A stretch of 64,000 nucleotides of DNA from a virus, in IMG/VR virus record IMGVR_UViG_3300021962_000059; one strand, written 5' to 3'. The translations under genes and the position numbers were made by a program. Below are positions 26,951-32,210 of this stretch, piece by piece (positions within the stretch are counted from its first letter, which is position 1; every line of letters begins with the position of its first letter). The notes below the pieces were generated by a model. That model saw only the letters and a program-made list of their open reading frames with translations, had not been told where the DNA came from and made no database searches.

Positions 26951-27327
26951 AGTGTCACCTGAGATTGTATTTCAATTTCGATAAAGTCAAAAATGCTTGA
27001 CAGTATTTCTTTGGCTTTTACAAATAAATCTGTTGACGTATCAAATTCTTTTTTTGATTTAAAAGAAAATTGAGTTCCTGTTCTGTCTAACCAAATCTTG
27101 AAAGAACCAGTCCATATTTCTGTACTAGAAATAAATGCACTTATATCTCCTAATACAACGTGACTTTCTAATCGCGTCCCGATAATCTCTATGCCTATAT
27201 CAATTCCAGTTGTTTCACCCCAAATACGGGAAGTTAAATCTGTGTAATTTATCTGTTCCCAATTTATTTCTGAGTAACGGTCTTTGCAAAAATTGAATAT
27301 TTTTTGAGTTGTTTCTGTTATATTCAT
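26947..27327 (-). CDS. PF1 member, subfamily A
   Basis: 126 aa. MNITETTQKIFNFCKDRYSEINW ... WTGSFKIWLD ... ILSSIFDFIEIEIQSQVTL. Confidence 0.7.
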   Translation of the reverse strand: MNITETTQKIFNFCKDRYSEINWEQINYTDLTSRIWGETTGIDIGIEIIGTRLESHVVLGDISAFISSTEIWTGSFKIWLDRTGTQFSFKSKKEFDTSTDLFVKAKEILSSIFDFIEIEIQSQVTL

Positions 27328-27743
27328 AGTGTCACCTCGGATTGTATTTCATGTTCAATAAATGAAAGAATGTCAATCATAATCTGTGTCCCTTTTTCAC
27401 ACCATAAGTTTAGTTCTTCATGCTGACATATTCCATCTCCTTTAAACAAAATTTCATTATTTTTTTCTTGGTTTACCCATGCCGTAAAAACTCCTTCCCA
27501 TGCTAAACGATCTATAGTGCAATAACCTTTTATTAAGCCAACTTGCAAATTACTCGGATCGTGACTAATAATGTCTATGTATATTTTTATAGTAAGTATT
27601 CCTAGTCTAGTAAAAAAAGCTTTACATCCATAAATACACGGTTCCCCATTTCGTCCAGTCCAACTATCATCATCCCATCTTAAATCGGGATGATTTTTCT
27701 GACAAAAATCTAATATTTTTGTGGTTACTTCTGTTATGTTCAT
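27324..27743 (-). CDS. PF1 member, subfamily A
   Basis: 139 aa. MNITEVTTKILDFCQKNHPDLRW ... LAWEGVFTAWVN ... GTQIMIDILSFIEHEIQSEVTL. Confidence 0.7.
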   Translation of the reverse strand: MNITEVTTKILDFCQKNHPDLRWDDDSWTGRNGEPCIYGCKAFFTRLGILTIKIYIDIISHDPSNLQVGLIKGYCTIDRLAWEGVFTAWVNQEKNNEILFKGDGICQHEELNLWCEKGTQIMIDILSFIEHEIQSEVTL

Positions 27744-28165
27744 AGTGTCACCTCGGTTTGTATTTCATTTTTGATAAACTCAAAAATATCAATCATAATC
27801 TGTGTCCCTTTTTCACACCATAGATTTAACTCTTCGTGTTTAGCGGTTCCACTTTTCTTGAATGAGATTTGACTGTTTTTTCTGTCATTTATCCATACAA
27901 GAAAACTTCCTTCCCAATCTAAATTAGAAATAGTAGATCGACCTTCTATATAATTTCTAAAATCGCTAGGTGAACCGTCACTGCTATAAGAGTTGTTACT
28001 ATTGACCCTTATATCTATTTGTATTCCATTTATAGAATTAAGAATAGGGCGATACCCGTAAATCATGTCTTGAGTTCTGTCTAAAGACGTAAATGACCAC
28101 TTTAGCTCTGGGTAAGTTTTTTGGCAGAAACCTAATATTTTTTGGGCTGTTTCTTGTTTGTTCAT
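27740..28165 (-). CDS. PF1 member, subfamily A (mosaic of 26573..26950 with a different central segment)
   Basis: The start is taken at MNKQETAQKILGFCQKTYPELKW (28165), 4 nt after the upstream stop. Its N-terminal ~25 aa and C-terminal ~70 aa are nearly identical to 26573..26950, but the central loop differs (ILNSINGIQIDIRVNSNNSYSSDGSPS vs KSIWIDIKFTN). Confidence 0.7.
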   Translation of the reverse strand: MNKQETAQKILGFCQKTYPELKWSFTSLDRTQDMIYGYRPILNSINGIQIDIRVNSNNSYSSDGSPSDFRNYIEGRSTISNLDWEGSFLVWINDRKNSQISFKKSGTAKHEELNLWCEKGTQIMIDIFEFIKNEIQTEVTL

Positions 28166-28169
28166 AATT

Positions 28170-28649
28170 TTAACTTTTAACCTCAACTATTTTGCAAAAC
28201 CTTAAAATAGTCTCCATTATCTTTATTGCCTCTGGAACCAAAATATTGAACTCTTCTTTGTTTCCGCTTGGATAAAGATTATATCTTGAGTTGCAGTCTG
28301 GTGTTTCGTTATAACCGTATATCCAACTTAAGGCAACCAAAGACCCGCCTAACGTACCTTCTATTGTGATTTTTTCAAGGCATTTGTCTACTAATTGATA
28401 TTCAGTCGAAATTTCTCGACATTCAATCAAAACTTCATACTTTTTACATTTTATTAACTTACCATAAGTTTTGTAAAGATAATCCTCTTTAATTATCAAA
28501 GTTCCTATTAAACGAATACATTTATCGTCTGCAACTGTATCCCATTCTGAGATGTCCACTGTATCGTATTCGGAGATGGTCATCTGCTCAAAAGTTTTTT
28601 TAAAGAAATCTCTGATTTCTTTAAGTGACTTTTCTTTTAATACTTCCAT
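28170..28649 (-). CDS. PF1 member, divergent subfamily C
   Basis: 159 aa. SLKEIRDFFKKTFEQ ... ALSWIYGYN ... PEAIKIMETILRFCKIVE. Confidence 0.55.
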   Translation of the reverse strand: MEVLKEKSLKEIRDFFKKTFEQMTISEYDTVDISEWDTVADDKCIRLIGTLIIKEDYLYKTYGKLIKCKKYEVLIECREISTEYQLVDKCLEKITIEGTLGGSLVALSWIYGYNETPDCNSRYNLYPSGNKEEFNILVPEAIKIMETILRFCKIVEVKS

Positions 28650-28659
28650 TGTTTTTACC

Positions 28660-28992
28660 TCAAATACAAATAACTAGATCACCGACACAAACATTGATAA
28701 ATTTCTCACAATCGTATCGAGAATTATTACAAGCTTGAATAATAGAAGTATTTTCCTCAATAGAAATAACCATCCCTGATCCCTTATAAAGGATACGATG
28801 ACCAATAAAGTCTCTAGTTATTGGGTCGTATATTGGGTTGTTTGTAATTGAATAAACCAGATGAGAGTCATTTATTCTCATACGATTTAATTCGCCACGG
28901 TTTATTACTACTTTAAAATCATCGATAACTTCAATTACCTTAGCTGGATACGTTCCTTTAGTCGGAAGTCCTAGCTCCTCGTCTGTTGTCAT
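28660..28992 (-). CDS. Hypothetical protein unrelated to PF1, embedded in the array
   Basis: 110 aa, beta-rich sequence, no PF1 terminal helices. Confidence 0.5.
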   Translation of the reverse strand: MTTDEELGLPTKGTYPAKVIEVIDDFKVVINRGELNRMRINDSHLVYSITNNPIYDPITRDFIGHRILYKGSGMVISIEENTSIIQACNNSRYDCEKFINVCVGDLVICI

Positions 28993-28996
28993 TGTT

Positions 28997-29113
28997 TTAA
29001 GTGCCTGTAGCCTCAGTTGTTTTAATAAAGCCTAAAATAGTCTCCATTATCTTTGTCGCTTCTGGAATTAAGATATTTAAGATTTCGTTGTCCCCCTCAC
29101 TTTTTGGCTCTTT
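28997..29113 (-). pseudogene. Truncated PF1 remnant (C-terminal ~35 codons only)
   Basis: It translates to ...DNEILNILIPEATKIMETILGFIKTTEATGT*, compared with the C-terminus of 28170..28649 (EEFNILVPEAIKIMETILRFCKIVEVKS). The DNA block aaaatagtctccattatcttt is shared (28201.. and 29033..). It keeps the upstream hairpin and SD but has no start codon. Confidence 0.6.
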
Positions 29114-29142
29114 TTTAATCTGTTACTCCTATTGGGTGAAAT

Positions 29143-29167
29143 TACTAGACAGATATTTTGTCTAGTA
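29143..29167 (-). promoter_or_regulatory. Conserved intercistronic hairpin (copy 1)
   Basis: TACTAGACA-loop-TGTCTAGTA immediately after the stop of 29174..29536, followed by CACCCAATAGGAGTAA (SD). Confidence 0.5.
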
Positions 29168-29173
29168 GTGTTT

Positions 29174-29536
29174 TCATTCTTGAATCTCATCAAGAATGAA
29201 AGTGAAGATGTCTAGCATTACTTTTCGGGTTTCTCTGTATTTGTTGTCAAAATAATCGCATTTTGACTTTCTAATATAATCAAAGAATATTTTATTTTCA
29301 TAAGAACGGTTATTGTCTCTATCGTCAGGGTTTATCCATAATTCAAATGTGCCTACATAATACGCTTCACATAAAACACGCTTAAGCAAGCCATCCAGAA
29401 AAACCTCTATTATTAATTCATCAGGAAAAAGTGGACACTGAATTATATTATTTTCAGGGTCAAGATTCCATCTTAAATTTGGATAACTTCTGTGACAGAA
29501 TTCCAATATTTTCTCTGTTATTTGTTTTATGTCCAT
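29174..29536 (-). CDS. PF1 member, subfamily B
   Basis: 120 aa. MDIKQITEKILEFCHRSYPNLRW ... VGTFELWIN ... VMLDIFTFILDEIQE. Confidence 0.7.
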   Translation of the reverse strand: MDIKQITEKILEFCHRSYPNLRWNLDPENNIIQCPLFPDELIIEVFLDGLLKRVLCEAYYVGTFELWINPDDRDNNRSYENKIFFDYIRKSKCDYFDNKYRETRKVMLDIFTFILDEIQE

Positions 29537-29551
29537 TGGTGTTGCTCCTAT

Positions 29552-29962
29552 TTATTCTTGAATTTCGTTAGCAATAAAATTGAAAATACCTAGCATCACT
29601 TCTCGATATTTTTTGTACAAGTCCCAGTCTTTTTTATCCCACTCTTTTGTTATTGGGAGACTACGAAAATCTATTTTTTTGTCACAATTTAGATGAATAC
29701 CAAACATCCCCAACCAACCTACATTAACTAGGTCAAAGTGTCCGATTATATAATCATCGGTAGTTTCTTCTTTATAAGAAGAAACATCATTTCTTTTGTC
29801 TGAGCAAATTTTTAGAGTTACTTTAAACAGAGAATCTACTCCACAAATTACAGTTTTATTTGTACATTCACTATTTAATTTATCTACATTCCACTCTAAA
29901 TCTGGGTATTGATTTAAGCAATAACCTGATATTTTGTAAGCTATTAGTTGTATCTCCATCAC
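29552..29962 (-). CDS. PF1 member, subfamily B
   Basis: 136 aa. IAYKISGYCLNQYPDLEW ... VGWLGMFGIHLN ... VMLGIFNFIANEIQE. Confidence 0.65.
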   Translation of the reverse strand: MMEIQLIAYKISGYCLNQYPDLEWNVDKLNSECTNKTVICGVDSLFKVTLKICSDKRNDVSSYKEETTDDYIIGHFDLVNVGWLGMFGIHLNCDKKIDFRSLPITKEWDKKDWDLYKKYREVMLGIFNFIANEIQE

Positions 29963-29974
29963 TGTTACTCCTGT

Positions 29975-30403
29975 CTATTCTTGAATTTCATCTTCAATAA
30001 AATTAAAGATTTCTCTCACCATTTTTCTGGCTTTTTTTACTAAAAGCCAGCTATCATCATTCCAATCGTCATGAGTAGCAAGCATAAGCTCTAATTCGCT
30101 GTCTTTGTTATGGTTTAACTTAACCTCAAAACTACCCGACCAGAAAAGTAGAGATTTTTCTTCTGATTGAGGTATTAGAAGCGACCCCAATATATAATCG
30201 TAAGTAGCTTCTTTTTCGTAAAACTCTTGTTTTTCATCTGAGCAAATTTCTAGCTCTAATTTAAATAAAGAGCAAGAGCCAAGAATAAGTGCGACAACGT
30301 TATAGTTATTTTTATGGCTGTCAAAATAGTTACAGTTCCAGCCTAAATCTGAATAACTTTGGCAGAAATTAAATAATTTTTCTGTCACTTGTTTTGTATC
30401 CAT
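29975..30403 (-). CDS. PF1 member, subfamily B
   Basis: 142 aa. MDTKQVTEKLFNFCQSYSDLGW ... FWSGSFEVKLN ... MVREIFNFIEDEIQE. Confidence 0.7.
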   Translation of the reverse strand: MDTKQVTEKLFNFCQSYSDLGWNCNYFDSHKNNYNVVALILGSCSLFKLELEICSDEKQEFYEKEATYDYILGSLLIPQSEEKSLLFWSGSFEVKLNHNKDSELELMLATHDDWNDDSWLLVKKARKMVREIFNFIEDEIQE

Positions 30404-30428
30404 TGATTTTACTCCTATTAGGTGAACT

Positions 30429-30453
30429 TACTAGACAGATATTCTGTCTAGTA
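30429..30453 (-). promoter_or_regulatory. Conserved intercistronic hairpin (copy 2)
   Basis: A 10-bp stem TACTAGACAG / CTGTCTAGTA right after the stop of 30460..30858, followed by CACCTAATAGGAGTAAAATCA-ATG. Confidence 0.5.
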
Positions 30454-30459
30454 TTGTTT

Positions 30460-30858
30460 TTACTCTTGAATCTCATTAAGGATGAAATTGAAAATGTCTA
30501 GCATTACTTTTCGGCATTGACTAGCTAATTTCCAATGTTCTGCACTCCATAGTTCATGTTTATAATAGGCAAGATTCTCAAAAACTATATAGTCTTCATA
30601 CCGATAGCTCATGTCTTCGATGGGAGGATTTATCCAAATTTTAAACTTTCCTATTTGGTTATCTTGCCACTCAACACACTTGAGTTGTCCGTCTAATCCC
30701 GACCAAATACCGTATTTAATCTTTATGCTGTCATCAGAAAAAGTTAAGCATTGAATGATTTTATAGTCATTATCTGTAAAATCAAAATTCCAGTCTAAAT
30801 CTGGGTATTTTTCTTCACAGAAATTTAGTATCTTTTCTGCTATTTGTTGTGTGTCCAT
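30460..30858 (-). CDS. PF1 member, subfamily B
   Basis: 132 aa. MDTQQIAEKILNFCEEKYPDLDW ... IGKFKIWIN ... VMLDIFNFILNEIQE. Confidence 0.7.
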   Translation of the reverse strand: MDTQQIAEKILNFCEEKYPDLDWNFDFTDNDYKIIQCLTFSDDSIKIKYGIWSGLDGQLKCVEWQDNQIGKFKIWINPPIEDMSYRYEDYIVFENLAYYKHELWSAEHWKLASQCRKVMLDIFNFILNEIQE

Positions 30859-30883
30859 TCGTTAGTCCTGTTGGGTGAAATTA

Positions 30884-31036
30884 CTAGGAAATACCTACTG
30901 TTTCTTCTACTACGATACTGTGATGACCGTTGCGACTTAGAGCTTCTAAATAAGAAGCTAATCGACTCGCGTGCATAGATGTTTTAATCTTGCAAGGCTT
31001 GTTTTTTCCATCTATTGTTCTAATTGTGTATCGCAT
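30884..31036 (-). CDS. Small ORF (50 aa)
   Basis: Hand-translated: MRYTIRTIDGKNKPCKIKTSMHASRLASYLEALSRNGHHSIVVEETVGIS. It fills a gap in the operon. Confidence 0.35.
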   Translation of the reverse strand: MRYTIRTIDGKNKPCKIKTSMHASRLASYLEALSRNGHHSIVVEETVGIS

Positions 31037-31039
31037 CTG

Positions 31040-31198
31040 CTATCTCCAATTTTTTGAATTTTGCCTGCAATAATCTAAATGCGCCTTAAGTCTTTTGGCA
31101 GACTTTTGTTCATCTGTTCCTCTAATAAGTCCTTTGTTCTTATCAATGTCATCCTGACTTGATAATTTAGCCCATGCTTTCTTTTTTTCTTCTGTCAT
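31040..31198 (-). CDS. Small ORF (52 aa)
   Basis: Hand-translated: MTEEKKKAWAKLSSQDDIDKNKGLIRGTDEQKSAKRLKAHLDYCRQNSKNWR. Confidence 0.35.
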   Translation of the reverse strand: MTEEKKKAWAKLSSQDDIDKNKGLIRGTDEQKSAKRLKAHLDYCRQNSKNWR

Positions 31199-31200
31199 AA

Positions 31201-31389
31201 TTACACCTTTACTGTTTCAAGTCCACGCTGTTCTAAGATTTTATTATACTCTTTGATTTTCGAGTATAAAACCTCTCGTTTTTGTTGTGCGGTTTCCCCA
31301 GATTCTTGCTTAGAACTTCGATATTGTCCCGCGTAAAAATTAGCGTAATAACTAATTTTAGCAGTGTCTATATTTGCAACAAGCTTCAT
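31201..31389 (-). CDS. Hypothetical small protein
   Basis: 62-aa ORF with an AAGGAG SD upstream. Confidence 0.5.
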   Translation of the reverse strand: MKLVANIDTAKISYYANFYAGQYRSSKQESGETAQQKREVLYSKIKEYNKILEQRGLETVKV

Positions 31390-31469
31390 AATTTTCTCCT
31401 TAATTCATTGTTGTTTTTAACTAATAACTGATAACTAAATCCAATTAATTTTTCCACCTTGCCCGAACA

Positions 31470-31712
31470 TCATATGTATAAAGCATACATATAAATTGGG
31501 TCAGGATTATCTGGTGGTTCATACATTTGATCGTAGGCAGCCTCAATGTCAGAATCTTCAATGTCACCATTAATTAAATGGTCAATCAAAATAGCAGCCA
31601 TGTTTTCAGCTTCTTCTTTGGTTAATTGAAGGCCTAAGTCACTCCAATGATCAGTTGCATACTCAAGAATGTATTTAACTAATTCATCGACTTTATCTTG
31701 CAATTTACTCAC
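31470..31712 (-). CDS. Hypothetical acidic protein (GTG start)
   Basis: 80 aa. AAGGAGG SD 5 nt before the GTG. It is the first gene after the promoter at 31739..31767. Confidence 0.55.
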   Translation of the reverse strand: MSKLQDKVDELVKYILEYATDHWSDLGLQLTKEEAENMAAILIDHLINGDIEDSDIEAAYDQMYEPPDNPDPIYMYALYI

Positions 31713-31738
31713 GATTTCCTCCTTGATTCATTACTTAA

Positions 31739-31767
31739 ATCTTACATTATTCTACTAGAATTGTCAA
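31739..31767 (-). promoter_or_regulatory. Sigma70-type promoter TTGACA-N17-TAAGAT
   Basis: The minus strand reads TTCTTGACA ATTCTAGTAGAATAATG TAAGAT. It heads the operon running into the PF1 array. Confidence 0.7.
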
Positions 31768-31967
31768 GAAATTTCTTGAAAATCTTCTTTTCTAAAACAG
31801 TAAAATTGTTCTCCTTTTGTGAGGTGATCGATTGATTCAAAATGGTAGTAGATTCCTATGGCAGTCTTAATAATTCCCAGTGGTTTGCACTGAGGAAAAA
31901 TACGACCATAGGAATTGACACGATAAACTTTTTCAGGGTATCGAGAGGGAATATATTGTCCAATCAT
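31764..31967 (-). CDS. Hypothetical small protein
   Basis: The start is taken at MIGQYIPSRY (ATG 31967). The longer track ORF (to 31997) would overlap the tRNA-like T arm. Confidence 0.35.
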   Translation of the reverse strand: MIGQYIPSRYPEKVYRVNSYGRIFPQCKPLGIIKTAIGIYYHFESIDHLTKGEQFYCFRKEDFQEIS

Positions 31968-31968
31968 A

Positions 31969-32170
31969 GGTACTAGAGACGGGAATTGAACCCGCAAAAC
32001 TTAATTAAATCTACTCCTGACGAAACGCCCTTCCCTTACTCAATCTTTGCCAAGTTCGGTGGATTCGCAAATTTCAGTTTTGAAACAAAAAATAAAGGTA
32101 TTTTTTGTATTAAGTCCCTTTTCGGTTGAAGGCTCCGTTTCACAGCCTTTAGCTACCAAGCTACTCTAGC
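31969..32170 (-). ncRNA. tRNA-like structured RNA (~200 nt) with acceptor stem and T arm but a ~130-nt internal expansion
   Basis: The 5' GCTAGAG (32170..32164) pairs with CTCTAGT (31978..31972). A canonical T arm GCGGG-TTCAATT-CCCGT precedes it and A-CC follows. There is a D-like hairpin AGCT-TGGT-AGCT and a 6-bp hairpin AAGGCT/AGCCTT with a 9-nt loop. A 10-bp hairpin ACAAAAAATA/TATTTTTTGT is also present. The 5' G coincides with the +1 predicted from the promoter at 32177..32205. Confidence 0.5.
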
Positions 32171-32176
32171 ACTTCA

Positions 32177-32205
32177 ATCCTATCAGAGGCTTCTGAAATT
32201 GTCAA
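32177..32205 (-). promoter_or_regulatory. Sigma70-type promoter TTGACA-N17-TAGGAT driving the tRNA-like RNA
   Basis: The minus strand reads GGATTGACA ATTTCAGAAGCCTCTGA TAGGAT TGAAGT G(+1)CTAGAG. Confidence 0.65.
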
Positions 32206-32210
32206 TCCTA

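Noticed and set aside
25631-30858. The regularly spaced repeated junction sequences (CATAGTGTCACCTCGG... every ~380-450 bp) as a CRISPR-like array.
   Set aside because: The repeats are the conserved ends of protein-coding paralogs. The 'spacers' are full ORFs with SDs and start/stop coupling, and no short repeat-spacer periodicity or cas genes are present.
31969-32000. The tRNA 3'-end-like sequence (T arm plus acceptor strand) as a phage attP core for integration into a host tRNA gene.
   Set aside because: No integrase or excisionase is recognisable in the window. The sequence also has a perfectly complementary 5' acceptor strand located exactly at the +1 of a consensus promoter 200 nt upstream, which favours an expressed RNA. 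This cannot be fully excluded without the host genome.
31969-32170. The tRNA-like RNA as a tRNA interrupted by a group I intron, as in cyanobacterial tRNA-Leu(UAA) and tRNA-fMet.
   Set aside because: The internal expansion (~130 nt) is too short for a group I intron. It is not inserted in a recognisable anticodon loop, and no 7-nt anticodon loop can be drawn.
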